From: a virus
Taxonomy: Duplodnaviria > Caudoviricetes
Length of the DNA: 56,327 bases
Reading direction: 5' to 3' (one strand)
IMG/VR virus record: IMGVR_UViG_3300022665_000963
Span: 1 to 56,327 of that record
Part shown: positions 18,010 to 29,300 of the stretch, piece by piece
Layout of the letters: the number at the start of each line of letters is the position of its first letter
How positions within the stretch are numbered: position 1 is the first letter of the stretch
The notes under the pieces: model-generated
Database searches by the model: none
Seen by the model: the letters and a program-made list of their open reading frames with translations, nothing else
What the model was told of the DNA's origin: nothing
Program-made: the position numbers and the translations under genes

Positions 18010-18500
18010 TGCCTACTGGTAAGGAAGCACAAAGAATTTATAGAGCTAATAACCCAGGTCAAAGTGCTCAATATGCAAAAGAGTATAGAGAACGTACTAA
18101 AAATGAAATGGGTAATAAATGGCGGAAAGAAAACAAGAAACATCTAAAAACCAGTACTTATGACTGGCGCCGGAGAAATATTGCTAAGGTCTTACTTGCC
18201 AATATGCGTAATGGAGCTAATAAAAGAAAGCAAGATTGTACTCTGACGGAAAAAGATTTAGAGATTATGTTAGAACCTATGACTTGTTCAGTAACCAACT
18301 TACCCTTAATTTGGGAAGGACCAGACAGATATAATCCATGGGCACCCTCTCCAGATCGTTTGGATAATTCTAAAGGATACATACCTGGAAATGTGAGGAT
18401 TGTCTGTATCCTATATAACCGTGCCAGGAATTGCTATACTGATGAAGAAGTATTGGTAATGGCCAAGGCTCTAACAGAAAAGGAGAAATCTATTGGGTAG
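18009..18500 (+). mobile_element. free-standing HNH-like (homing) endonuclease
   Basis: CSVT...PSPDRLDNSKGYIPGNVRIVCILYNRARN; AT-rich; overlaps both neighbours. Confidence 0.75.
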
Positions 18501-20061
18501 AGTTTTAACAAATAATGTGGCGTTGAGTTACACCATCGAAACGGCACTCGGGGTGGCTGGGACCGTGTGGTTCCTCCTGGAGCCTAACACGATCAACACC
18601 TTCGGGGCTGACGTCACCAAGGTATCCCGGGAACCTATCAGCCGTAACCGTCAGAGACGGAAAGGCACCGTGACGGACCTGGACAGTGCGATCGAGTTCG
18701 AAGAGGACCTGACGCTGTCTTCCTTCCGTGACTTCATAGAGGGTTTCGCCTTCGTGACGGGTATCAACTCAGACGTGACCAACCTCGCGGTCAGCGCGGT
18801 CGACACGGTCGCCGATACCTATGCGGTGGCAGCCCTCGCCGCGGCACAGGCGGACAAGTTTGAGGTCGACACCCTGATATGGGCCGCTGGCCACACAAAT
18901 GCCGCTAACAACGGCCTCAAGAGCGTGGACGCAGACATCGCCACCTCGGCCACCCTGATATCTGTATCCGAGAACCTGGTCACCAACGCCTCAACCCCGG
19001 CCGCGGCGCGTCTCTCAATTGCGGGACACCGCATCGCCATCGCGGACCTAGTGACCTGGGACTTTGAGGCGACAACCAATCAGGCCACGCTCAACCAGAC
19101 GGGCATCGTCGCGGCCGTACAGGCCCTAGGCCTAACACTGGGCCAGGTCGTGCACATCGGATCCATCCTGAACCCGGGGGATACGACGATCGTCAATGCC
19201 TTCGAAGATTCCGTGGCTAATGATATATTCGGTTTTGCACGTCTGATCCAGTTCTCGGGCGCGGACGACCTCATCTTCGACAAGTTGGATGCAGCGCTAC
19301 AGGTCGACGACCTCACCGCTCCGGCCACTGCCGTGGACCTCATCTTCGGGGAATTCATCAGGAATGTGGTTACGACCAGTTCAGAGTTCCTGGAACGCTC
19401 CTTCCAGTTCGAGATGGAATCTCCCAACCTCGATGTTGGCGGCGCCTCCGAGTTCGAGTACTCCAAGGGCAACTTCTGTAACATAGCGGCGTTCAGTCTG
19501 CCCCTCACGGACAAGACGGTCGTCACCTTCGGTTTCATCGGCACCGACACGGATAACCCGGTCACGGCTGGCTCACGTAAGACCGGCGCCTCTGCGGCCA
19601 CTGATCCCGATGACATAGCGGCCTTCAACACCTCCGCGGATATCGCGAGACTGCGGATCACCGAGGTGGATGAGACCGGCCTGACGACTGACTTCAAGAG
19701 CCTCAACCTCACGCTCAATAACGGCGTGACCCCTGAGAAGGTGCTCGGCACCCTGGGCGCGAAGTTCCTCAATACCGGTAATTTCCTGGTGGACATAGAG
19801 GCCCAGCTCGTCTTCACGGAGGGCCTGGTGGTCAACAGAATCAGGGACAACACGACCCTGACGCTGGACTTCGTCCTCCGTAACGTCGACGGGACCATCG
19901 CGGTCGACATACCTGCCCTGACACTGGCGGGCGGCGCGAGAGACTTCCCCGTCAATGAGAGCGTGCTCATCAATACGACGGCTGAGGCCTTCCAGGATCC
20001 GACCCTGGGATTCTCTATCGGGGTGAGCATATCGCCGGTCCCAATTCCTAAGAAGGTTTAA
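18493..20061 (+). CDS. major tail tube protein
   Basis: 522 aa, REPISRNRQRRKG N-terminal motif, LTLNNG; TTG start with AAGGAG RBS. Confidence 0.85.
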   Translation: MGRVLTNNVALSYTIETALGVAGTVWFLLEPNTINTFGADVTKVSREPISRNRQRRKGTVTDLDSAIEFEEDLTLSSFRDFIEGFAFVTGINSDVTNLAVSAVDTVADTYAVAALAAAQADKFEVDTLIWAAGHTNAANNGLKSVDADIATSATLISVSENLVTNASTPAAARLSIAGHRIAIADLVTWDFEATTNQATLNQTGIVAAVQALGLTLGQVVHIGSILNPGDTTIVNAFEDSVANDIFGFARLIQFSGADDLIFDKLDAALQVDDLTAPATAVDLIFGEFIRNVVTTSSEFLERSFQFEMESPNLDVGGASEFEYSKGNFCNIAAFSLPLTDKTVVTFGFIGTDTDNPVTAGSRKTGASAATDPDDIAAFNTSADIARLRITEVDETGLTTDFKSLNLTLNNGVTPEKVLGTLGAKFLNTGNFLVDIEAQLVFTEGLVVNRIRDNTTLTLDFVLRNVDGTIAVDIPALTLAGGARDFPVNESVLINTTAEAFQDPTLGFSIGVSISPVPIPKKV

Positions 20062-20080
20062 TCTTAATATAAAATGACGG

Positions 20081-20115
20081 TGCCGTAGATAGACCTATCT
20101 ACGGCATACTTCTTT
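20081..20115 (+). terminator. intrinsic terminator
   Basis: 12-bp inverted repeat TGCCGTAGATAG/CTATCTACGGCA followed by TACTTCTTT. Confidence 0.75.
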
Positions 20116-20153
20116 GGTGAACAGGGCCCTGTGGCCTACTAGAAAGGAGAACG

Positions 20154-20600
20154 TTGACAATGGCAGATTTCAGTCACCTAAAAGATCTGGAGGTCACCAA
20201 CGAGACGACCTCGCGGTATAAACTTCATCAGATAACCGTGAACGGATTAACCCCCACCTTGATCGTGGCCCCGGCCACTGAGGCGAATAAGCCCTACTAT
20301 AACCGGCTCCTCAAGAGGGCCGGGAAGTCCGCACGCGCGGTACGCGCGGGAGCGATCAGTTCCGCCATGATCGACGATAACCGGGAGGAGGACAAGGAGC
20401 TCTACCCCAAGTACGTCATTAAGGGCTGGGAGGACATGGTAGACGGGAAGACTGGCAAGGAGACCAAGTTCTCAGTGGCAGAGTGTGCGGATTTTCTGGC
20501 GGCCCTACCTAACTGGCTATTCGACGACGTGCGCAACTACTGTGGTAACCCAGCAAACTTTGCTGAGTTGATGGACATCGAGGTCGTCGCGGGAAACTAA
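20154..20600 (+). CDS. tail assembly chaperone (gpG-like)
   Basis: Between tail tube and tape measure; ends G GGA AAC TAA (ATG 20160 is an alternative start). Confidence 0.85.
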   Translation: MTMADFSHLKDLEVTNETTSRYKLHQITVNGLTPTLIVAPATEANKPYYNRLLKRAGKSARAVRAGAISSAMIDDNREEDKELYPKYVIKGWEDMVDGKTGKETKFSVAECADFLAALPNWLFDDVRNYCGNPANFAELMDIEVVAGN

Positions 20601-20944
20601 CCGCGCGGCTTCTCTGGGAGTTGCGGTACGACCGTGATGGCTACTCGGTCGAGGCTGCCATACTCAAGGGCCGACGGCTTCCTGAGTGGTATTCAGAGGA
20701 GCCGCCGGCCCAGATAACAGATTTTTTCTACCAGAAGAGCTTCTGGGACCTGAGTTCTACCAGGCGGTTTGAACATGGCCCCATACCCTGGGATAAGATT
20801 GTCGAGTACGGGTATCATACCGGCCTCGACAACGATATGATCGATACATTCGTGGCCATCATCCGAGCCATGGACGCTGGTTACCTCAACTGGCTCAAGG
20901 ATGAAATTGACAGACAGCGGAAGCAAAAAGTTAAAAAGACCTAA
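20591..20944 (+). CDS. tail assembly chaperone -1 frameshift extension (gpT-like)
   Basis: Slippery heptamer GGGAAAC at 20591-20597; the -1 frame is open into ORF 20621..20944. Confidence 0.8.
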   Translation, partial: GKLTARLLWELRYDRDGYSVEAAILKGRRLPEWYSEEPPAQITDFFYQKSFWDLSSTRRFEHGPIPWDKIVEYGYHTGLDNDMIDTFVAIIRAMDAGYLNWLKDEIDRQRKQKVKKT

Positions 20945-21014
20945 GCACACACAAGGAGAAAGGTGTGGCTACCGCTATATATAATCCAAAGCTCTTGCCG
21001 GAAGTATCCGGTAA

Positions 21015-24000
21015 ATGACCGAATTCAGAATAATTGTCATTGTTGATCCCTCCAAGGCTCAACGGGGTACGAAACAGGTAGAGCAGAGTCTTAACCGGGT
21101 CGGCACGGCAGCTGACCGGACGCGGCAACTCATTGCCCGTGCCTTCGCCTTTGTGGGAGTGGCTGTCGGCATCAGACAGCTCGTGGGACTCTCCGATACC
21201 TTCACCAACGTCCAGAACAGAATCAAGACCGTCACGGATGGCACCGCGGAACTGAACCTCGTGACCAAGGAGCTGTTCGCAATATCCAACCGTACAAGAG
21301 GAAGCTTCGCGGCCACGGCGGAGGTCTTCTCCCGAGCAGCCCTGGCAGTCCGCGAGCTGGGTATTACCCAGCAGGAGACACTCGCGTTCACAGAGAGCCT
21401 GAACCAGGCGGTCATCTTGTCCGGCGCGGGGGCCCAGGAGGCCAACAATGCCTTGATCCAACTCTCTCAGGGCCTGGCCTCCGGGACACTCCGGGGCGAT
21501 GAACTTCGCTCTGTCTTGGAGCAACTGCCGGTTGTCGCAGATGTAATTGCCAAGTCACTTGGGGTAACCCGGGGAGAGTTGAGGATACTCGGCGAAGAGG
21601 GTGTGATCAGTGCCAAGGCGATTATTCGTGCCTTCGCGGAGGCCCGCGAGGAGTTGACGGAGCGGTTTGCCGAGACAGTTCCAACCATAGCGCAATCATT
21701 TACAATCCTAGAGAACCAGGCCATCAGACTAATTGGATCCTTCAGCGAGGCTGGCGGTGTATTCTCGACTATAGCGTCCAGCATCCAATCTGTGGCAACT
21801 GGGATAGGTGTTCTCAACAACAACCTGGATACTGCGACAGATATCTTCAGCGCTCTAGCAATCGTGGCCCTGTCCAGGTTCCTTGGGCCCTTCATCTCTC
21901 GCTTGTCGACTGGTGTCACCGCCCAGGTGGCCTTCACCAGAGCGATAGCCTCTGGCAACGCGGTGATGATAGAAGGTGTCCAGGCGGACTTGATGCGTGC
22001 ACAGTCAACCGCGAAGGTAACCACTGCCCGAGCAGCGGAGGCAGCAGCTCTGGTGCGTTCTCTGCAGGCCAGGACAGCCAATCTGCGTGTGCTGCTCGCT
22101 GAGGCAAATGCAGAACGTCTGTCAGTAGCTACAAAGATCGAGTTACAGGCGGGCATTGCCGCAGTAACTGGTCGAACCCAGGTCCTGAACCGACTGAGAG
22201 CTACCCAGACAGCTCTGCTGCAACGAGAGGTCCAGGCGACCCAACTTCTATCTATCGCCAAGGTAGAACTTGCAGCAACCACTGGGGCCTCCGCTGCCGC
22301 CGCCACGGTAGCCACCGGGGCGCAGACCGCACTCCAGGGGGCCCTGGTACGTACTACCCTTGTCGCCCGTGGAACCGCCGCTGTGATGGGCCTTCTGCGC
22401 GGGGTTCTGGCCCTTGTCGGTGGTCCCGCTGGCCTGCTGGTCCTCGCAGCCGGAGCCATGTTCTTGTTCGGACGTGAGACAAGGACTGCAAAGACAGAGA
22501 TCTCAGAGCAGGCCTCTGAGTTGGAGGCCCTGAACCTCCGGCTGGAGACCAACATAGGTCGGACACGGGAGGCCAATATTGAATTGCAGAATCAGGCCAC
22601 TGCCCGGCTCAACAATCTCAAGATCACAAGGGAGGAAGCCACGGTAGCGGTATCGTTGCTCCTCGTCCAAATTGCCCTCCAGAAGGAGCAGGTAGCACTT
22701 CTCGCCGAGGCTGACGCACAGAGGCAGAGGAGACCCAGCTTTCTTGGTGCTGATATTGGCTCCTTTGTTAAGTTGAATGCTGCCAATGTCATTCTAAACA
22801 ACCTGGAGACAGCTCTCAGAGAGGCTATAGCAGCGTCGGTGGGTGCTGATATCAGCATCATTCGTCTGCAGACTAACATAGGTAATTTCGCAGGGACCGT
22901 GAAAGAGGTGGCAAACAAAGCACTGGATGACCTTCGGGCGAAGTTGAATGGTGTCTTCAAGGCAGGACTACAGGTGCGGCGTATGTCAAAACTCCTTGAA
23001 ATCCAAATAAAGGACGAAAATATCACAAGGGAGGAGGCCAATCGTCTGTTGGCACGACAGCGGTTCCTCCTGAGAGATCAGCTAGATCCACTGGGTGCCC
23101 TGAACCGGGAGTTGGACTTTGAGAACTCTCTGCTCAGCAAGTCGGTTGGTGAGCGTGAAGTGTTGAACAGGACACGACAGACCACCCTCGAGCTTCAACG
23201 TGCGGGAATCCAGATCAGTCGTGAAGAAGTTGAGGAAATAATCCGGCTCAATCTTGAACTGCAACGTCAAGCTGAGTTCCAGCTTCAGACCCGGGATCTT
23301 GAGCGTGAGACCACTCTCCTGGGATTGAACAATGATGAACGCACGATCCAGCAGGCTCTCTTCCGCGCCGAAGATACCCTCAAGCGCACACTGACCGATA
23401 CTGAACGGGAGTTGGTTATCACACTTGTGCAACAAAATCTTGAACTCGAACGACAGAACGAGGTTCTTGCCCGGATAGAGGCGCCATTGAGGAACTATGA
23501 AGAAGGCCTCAAGGCGTTGGTGGCTATCAGGGGCGATATAAGTACCGAGGAATTTACCAAGTCTCTACGTGAACTACGTCTGGCTTTCCTCGATACACAG
23601 ACTGATGGCGCGTCTGGCCTCGAACGCGGCATCATACGGCTGCAGACGGAGTTCGAGGACATAGCCAGCCTGGTGGAGACCACTGTGGTAAAGGCATTCA
23701 AGGCCGCCGAGGACGCACTGGTACAATTCGTGACAACGGGCAAGCTGGACTTCAACAGTCTGATCAACAGTATCTTGGCTGATCTCACCCGCCTGGCGAT
23801 ACGCCAGGCCATTACAGGCCCGCTCGCTGCCCTCTTGGGCACCGGAGGTGGAGGCGGTGGAACAGGCCTCCTCGGAGCACTGAAAGGCCTCCTGGGCATT
23901 GGTGGAGGTGGTGGAGGCAGCACAGGCCCTGGCGGCGGAGGTGTTAGTGGATTTGGTATACCCGGGTTAGACCACGGAGGCTCATTCCCAATACTTGGTA

Positions 24001-24227
24001 ATGCTGGAGTAGACAGGAATGTGTTGAGCGTCAACAACAGGCCCGTCGCCCGCGTATCACGGGGTGAGACGGTCACCGTCACCCCCAATAACGGTTCAGG
24101 AGGACGGCCGATACAGGTAAATATGAACATATCGACCCCCGATGTAAATAGTTTCAGGAGGTCTCAGGATCAGATAGCCGCCCAACTTGCTACGACACTG
24201 AGTAGAGCCCAGAGGAGAGACAGGTAG
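21015..24227 (+). CDS. tape measure protein
   Basis: 1070 aa, Ala-rich helical; tape-measure motif QLSQGLASGTLRGDELRSVLEQ and lambda-like C-terminal segment GKLDFNSLINSILADL. Confidence 0.95.
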   Translation: MTEFRIIVIVDPSKAQRGTKQVEQSLNRVGTAADRTRQLIARAFAFVGVAVGIRQLVGLSDTFTNVQNRIKTVTDGTAELNLVTKELFAISNRTRGSFAATAEVFSRAALAVRELGITQQETLAFTESLNQAVILSGAGAQEANNALIQLSQGLASGTLRGDELRSVLEQLPVVADVIAKSLGVTRGELRILGEEGVISAKAIIRAFAEAREELTERFAETVPTIAQSFTILENQAIRLIGSFSEAGGVFSTIASSIQSVATGIGVLNNNLDTATDIFSALAIVALSRFLGPFISRLSTGVTAQVAFTRAIASGNAVMIEGVQADLMRAQSTAKVTTARAAEAAALVRSLQARTANLRVLLAEANAERLSVATKIELQAGIAAVTGRTQVLNRLRATQTALLQREVQATQLLSIAKVELAATTGASAAAATVATGAQTALQGALVRTTLVARGTAAVMGLLRGVLALVGGPAGLLVLAAGAMFLFGRETRTAKTEISEQASELEALNLRLETNIGRTREANIELQNQATARLNNLKITREEATVAVSLLLVQIALQKEQVALLAEADAQRQRRPSFLGADIGSFVKLNAANVILNNLETALREAIAASVGADISIIRLQTNIGNFAGTVKEVANKALDDLRAKLNGVFKAGLQVRRMSKLLEIQIKDENITREEANRLLARQRFLLRDQLDPLGALNRELDFENSLLSKSVGEREVLNRTRQTTLELQRAGIQISREEVEEIIRLNLELQRQAEFQLQTRDLERETTLLGLNNDERTIQQALFRAEDTLKRTLTDTERELVITLVQQNLELERQNEVLARIEAPLRNYEEGLKALVAIRGDISTEEFTKSLRELRLAFLDTQTDGASGLERGIIRLQTEFEDIASLVETTVVKAFKAAEDALVQFVTTGKLDFNSLINSILADLTRLAIRQAITGPLAALLGTGGGGGGTGLLGALKGLLGIGGGGGGSTGPGGGGVSGFGIPGLDHGGSFPILGNAGVDRNVLSVNNRPVARVSRGETVTVTPNNGSGGRPIQVNMNISTPDVNSFRRSQDQIAAQLATTLSRAQRRDR

Positions 24228-24229
24228 AC

Positions 24230-24865
24230 ATGACGTTTGATAATGTAAAGTTGGATGAGGACATAGAGAAAGGAGCCGAGGGAGGCCCTGGATATAAGAC
24301 CTCTGTACTCATACTCTCCTCAGGTTTTGAGCAAAGGAATATTGACTGGTCACGGACCCGTGGCCTGTGGGATATCTCCTATGGCATGGATAAGAAGGCC
24401 AACCAGGAGATTGTGCTGGCCTTCTTCCACGCGCGCAGGGGCAGGGCGATCGGCTTCAGGTTCAAGGACTGGACTGACTTCCAGATCGGCAGTGATAATC
24501 CAGACGCGCCCCAGGAGATCTTCGTGACAGACGGGGCTAAGGACAAGTTCCAGGTCGTGCGTCGTTACGTGTCAGGACCCACCACCTTTGACCGGGAAAC
24601 CACCAGGCTCGTCACGGGTACGGTACGGGTGTTCCTGGACGCTGTGGAACAGTTCTCCGGCTTCACGATAGATGTTGATACTGGCGTGATAGATTTCACG
24701 GTCGCACCAACCACAGGGCAATCGCTCGGCATAATATGCGAGTTCGATGTGCCAGTGAGATTCGATATAGATGAGTTAACAATGCGAGCCGAGCGGGATG
24801 ATGTATTCAGCTTCCCCCGGATACCCCTATTGGAAGTGAGGGAGGAACTGGTGGACGTTTCATGA
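24230..24865 (+). CDS. distal tail protein (DUF2460, GTA-like)
   Basis: GGPGY, SGFEQRN, FFHARRGRAIGFRFKDWTDF and FDVPVRFD motifs. Confidence 0.9.
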   Translation: MTFDNVKLDEDIEKGAEGGPGYKTSVLILSSGFEQRNIDWSRTRGLWDISYGMDKKANQEIVLAFFHARRGRAIGFRFKDWTDFQIGSDNPDAPQEIFVTDGAKDKFQVVRRYVSGPTTFDRETTRLVTGTVRVFLDAVEQFSGFTIDVDTGVIDFTVAPTTGQSLGIICEFDVPVRFDIDELTMRAERDDVFSFPRIPLLEVREELVDVS

Positions 24866-25965
24866 AGACTATCTCCTCAGGATTACAGACACATCTCGCC
24901 GGTGAGACGACCACTCTTGCGACCCTCTGGCGTATCGTACGTAAGGACGGTACTCAATTCTTCTTTACCGACCTTGACAAGAATATCCCCTTCGACGGGG
25001 ATACGTATATAGCGAGTAGTGGGTACAGTAGGACCGCTATAGCCAGCGATGTGTCCTTATCGGTCGATAATCTGAATGTCGAAGGCCTCTTCGACAGTGC
25101 CGAGATTACCGAGGTGGACATTCGTGCTGGTAAATTCGACTTCGCGGAGATATTCATATCCACCATAAATTATAAAAGTGTGGCGGATGGTGTCGTCAAG
25201 ATGCGCCGGGGTCACTTTGGCGAGGTCACCCTGACCAAGCAGGGAATATTCCGCACAGAATTACGCGGTCTCGCCCAGCAACTCGCCCAAAATATCGGGG
25301 AACTGTACCAGCCTGAATGCCGGGCTGATCTTGGCGATTCGCGCTGTAAGGTCCCCATCGACCCTGTCCTACGTACGAACAATACGGCTTTTGTCCTGGG
25401 GGACTTTATCAGGGTAAACACGACCGGAGGTACTGGCCAGGAGATATTCGAAAACAGAATATATGAGTGTACAGTGGCGGGAACGACCGCCGGCTCTCCC
25501 CCAACATATGACACGGTCGTAGACAACACGACTGTCGATGGAACTGCCACCTTCACAGCACGACAGGCCTGGATGAGACACGCCGTGGTTGACACGGTAA
25601 CTGATAACAAGGTGTTCACTCTGACGGTAGCGTTCGACGAGACCAGGGCCGTCGATGACTACTTTAATGGGGGTGCTATCGAGTTCGAGACAGGCACCAA
25701 TGACGATGTTATTCTCGAGGTAAGAGACTGGATACAAAGCACCAGGACCCTGACGGTTTTCATCCCCGCGCCCTTTACTATTGTATCCGGAGACAAACTT
25801 CGACTGTATCCTGGCTGTGATAAACGCTCTACGACTTGCATAACAAAATTCGTGATTCCAAATTCTAAGGACTTTGCAAATGGTAATATCAAGAACTTCC
25901 GAGGAGAACCTTTTGTCCCAGGTCAAGACGAATTAGTGAGGTACCCAGATGCAAAGTCAGGTTAA
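24862..25965 (+). CDS. baseplate hub protein (DUF2163/BR0599, GTA-like)
   Basis: WRIVRKDG, CRADLGDSRC, GCDKR...C and NFRGEPFVPG motifs. Confidence 0.9.
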   Translation: MKTISSGLQTHLAGETTTLATLWRIVRKDGTQFFFTDLDKNIPFDGDTYIASSGYSRTAIASDVSLSVDNLNVEGLFDSAEITEVDIRAGKFDFAEIFISTINYKSVADGVVKMRRGHFGEVTLTKQGIFRTELRGLAQQLAQNIGELYQPECRADLGDSRCKVPIDPVLRTNNTAFVLGDFIRVNTTGGTGQEIFENRIYECTVAGTTAGSPPTYDTVVDNTTVDGTATFTARQAWMRHAVVDTVTDNKVFTLTVAFDETRAVDDYFNGGAIEFETGTNDDVILEVRDWIQSTRTLTVFIPAPFTIVSGDKLRLYPGCDKRSTTCITKFVIPNSKDFANGNIKNFRGEPFVPGQDELVRYPDAKSG

Positions 25966-26383
25966 CAGAAAAGATATTATAAATGAAGCACGGAAATGGA
26001 TCGGTGTGAAGTGGAGACACCAGGGTCGTACGAAATTGGGTATTGACTGCGCAGGACTCGTGATCCTAGTGGGTAAGGCCCTGGGCGTCGTCGACTACGA
26101 CACGACCAATTACCAGCGTCGGACGCACGGCACCAGCTTCCTCAAGCACTTCAGAATGAACATGGAAGAAAAGGCCATCGTGGATGCTCAGCCGGGGGAC
26201 GTGTTACTGTTCCGGGACAACCAGTTTCCATGCCATTCGACCATTGTCGCGGAGATTGGTGGAGCACTAACAATCGTCCACGCTCACGCTCTCAGGAAAA
26301 AGGTACTGGAGGAGAGACTAAACCAGGGTGACTGGATGGCACTCCGAGTTGCGTGTTTCAAATACAAAGGATTGAATGACTGA
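25949..26383 (+). CDS. NlpC/P60 tail-associated peptidase
   Basis: WRHQGR...GIDCAGLV, PGDVLLF and CH...HAH motifs. Confidence 0.9.
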   Translation: MQSQVNRKDIINEARKWIGVKWRHQGRTKLGIDCAGLVILVGKALGVVDYDTTNYQRRTHGTSFLKHFRMNMEEKAIVDAQPGDVLLFRDNQFPCHSTIVAEIGGALTIVHAHALRKKVLEERLNQGDWMALRVACFKYKGLND

Positions 26384-29300
26384 TGGCCATACTACTCGCA
26401 GTCGGCGGAGCCGCTCTCGGTAGCGCGATTGGGATCGGCGCAAGTGCCGGATGGATCGTAGGTACGCTCATCGGCACTCTTCTCTTTCCACCGGCCGGTG
26501 TAACCACCGAAGGTCCTCGGCTCGGCGATTTATCTGTCACCTCCTCGGCCTACGGGGTGACCATACAGAAGAGTTTCGGCACGATACGCATGGGGGGTAA
26601 TATGATCTGGTCCACGGGTATAGAGGAAGTCAAGAACGAGAAGAAAGTAGGGGGCAAAGGTCTGGGGGCTTCTCAGACTCAGATCACTTTTGAGTATTTC
26701 GCCTCATTCGCTATCGCCTTTGGCGAGGGCGTGACGGAGGATGTTCTACGCATATGGGCTGATGGTAAACTGATTTTCGACAGGACATCCACTTCCGACG
26801 ATATATCGAAGGCCAACCTGTCTTTCAGGTTCTATCCTGGTGATGAGACCCAGGAGCCCGACAGCTTGATAGAAGCGGATATAGGGGTAAACAGTACTCC
26901 TGCTTTCAGGGGTATCACGTACATAGTATTTGACACGTTTCCCTTGAAGGATTATGGCAACCGTATACCCAGTATTACGGCGGAGATAACGTCCAATGCC
27001 TCAGCAGCTCTCAATGTCGAGACGGCGGACTTTTTCACTGTCGCGGAGGGTGGAATAGCGGATAGCTTCAGGAACGATCAACTTCTGCCGGACTTCGACA
27101 GAGGGGTATTCTACACCGCCAAGTCCTCCGCAACCCTTGGGCAGAATATACTTCGTAGATTTCAAACTAGGACGATGGTGGAGGACCGTCAAAAAGCGTA
27201 CACCCAGGACAAGACCCCTGAGAACATCAGTACCATGGTGCTCCAAGCGGTACTAAAAAACGGGGCCATCATCATGCAGAGTGGAACAGGCAACGGCACA
27301 CCATTCTCCCTGATCAATCCTGACTCTCTGGATATCGTCGATACATTCGGGGATAACACTGGCGGTGTGGGAGTCTTCACCACGACCCAGTTCCCACATC
27401 CCATTGACAGCACAAGCACACAGGTCACGGTTCAGGGTACCACGGGCCTGGAATTCTACTATATAACCACAGCTCTGTTGAGTAGAAACTTCGGGATATT
27501 GAAGGTGACAGACTCAGCGCTGACCTATGTATATGACTCCGAGACCGCTGGAAACTCCTTCCCAAGTGGTGTAGTGGCGGCCTCTGGTCCGGGGGCCATT
27601 GGGCAGAATTTTGGTGAGTTCTACATCCTCCACAAGAATGCTAGTGTGCTGAATGTGGGTAATTCATTTGAATTAAGTAGAGTCCGAATTCCCGCTGGAG
27701 CATTCCATGATTTCACAACAGGCGCGGTGGCCGGGGTGGAGGTCAGTCTCATAAAGGTCTACTCGGCGGCTGATCTGTTCCCTTCCGCTGCCTTCTTAGG
27801 TAATTTCGTGGGATTAATGTACGATGAGACCGATGACACCATAATATTTGAGTTCCAAGCCGTTAATGCCAGTTTCGTAGAGATCGGCAAGAGAATAGTC
27901 AAGATAGATCCCGATACGGGAAATCAACTCTGGTCGACTGACGTACCCATAGGCGTTAGGACACAGAAAAATTCATCTAATATGACCAGACTTACAGACG
28001 GGGTCTATTCCAGGGTCGCTGGGACAACGAGTTTCTCGATCAGGACGGCCACAGGCGAGATTTTCGACAATACGACGGGCTGGCCCATAGCCAATGGCAA
28101 CAGCAAGGCGGCCTACTGGGACAGCAAGACGAGCTCATACATAGGCAATATCTTAGCTGGAGGCACTCTTCACAAGTGGCTCTTCTTCCGGGGTGCCGGC
28201 GAGGGAGCTCTCCTGTCCGATGTTGTCCAGGCTATATGCCTTGACACTGGGCTCGCGGCTTCCGACATAGATGTAACTGACCTGGCATCCGAGACTGTCC
28301 CAGGTTACATGATAGGTAGACAGACTACGGCCCGTAACTCTATCCAAGTGCTGGCACAGGCGTTCTTCTTCGACGGGATAGAGAGCGACTTTCTACTGAA
28401 GTTCACCCTGAGGGAAGGCAAGACCTCAACGGCCACGATACTGCAGAGGGACCTGGGAGTTCTTGACAGTCAGACTGGAGATTTTTTCCAGGAGACGCGT
28501 ATCCAGGAGGTCGAACTGCCCAGGCGTTTTTCCGTGACATTCCTCGACAGGGATGAAGATTATACCCAGGGCAATCAGAGTGCACAACGCATATTAAGTC
28601 CTGTATCATCCTCGCAGTCCAACAATGAGATGGGATTACAGATAGCGGCGGCATTCACCTCCGACTTTGCAAAAAGGATAGCTGAGAAACAACTCTTTTC
28701 GGCTTGGATAGAGAGATCAAACTATAAGATAACAGTTGCCTGGAAATTTCTCGCGATCGATCCAGCGGATATCATTACCATCATAACGGATGACGGGACG
28801 ACCTTTCGCGGTCGCGTCACCCAGAGTGATGTAGGGGCGGGCTTCGTGATGGATATCACTAGCGTCAGTGAGGACGCCGCACAGTATACCTCGACGGTCG
28901 TCGCTGACCCAGGGACCGGCGTTCCAGATCAGGAGTTCCTGTCGGTCGCGGATACAAAGCTCATCATGATATGCTCTCCGTTACTGAGGGACAGTGACGA
29001 TACGGGCAGGACAACCTCCCAGATCTATTTTGTCATGGGTGGTTTCGGGCAACCGGGCTGGACCTCTGGCACCCTGTTCAAGTCGGCTGAGGGTACCGAG
29101 TTCACAGATGTTGGGTCAGTGGTGAACGAGGTGGCCTACGGCTCCGCATCAAATGCTCTAGGAGATGTTGTGGATCCTTTCTCGACAGATGAGACAAATA
29201 CCCTAACGATATTCATGACCACTGGCTCCAGCCAGGTAGTGTCCACCACTCAGCTTGAGATGGTTAACGGAGCCAACCCCGCGGCGCTCATACACTCGAA

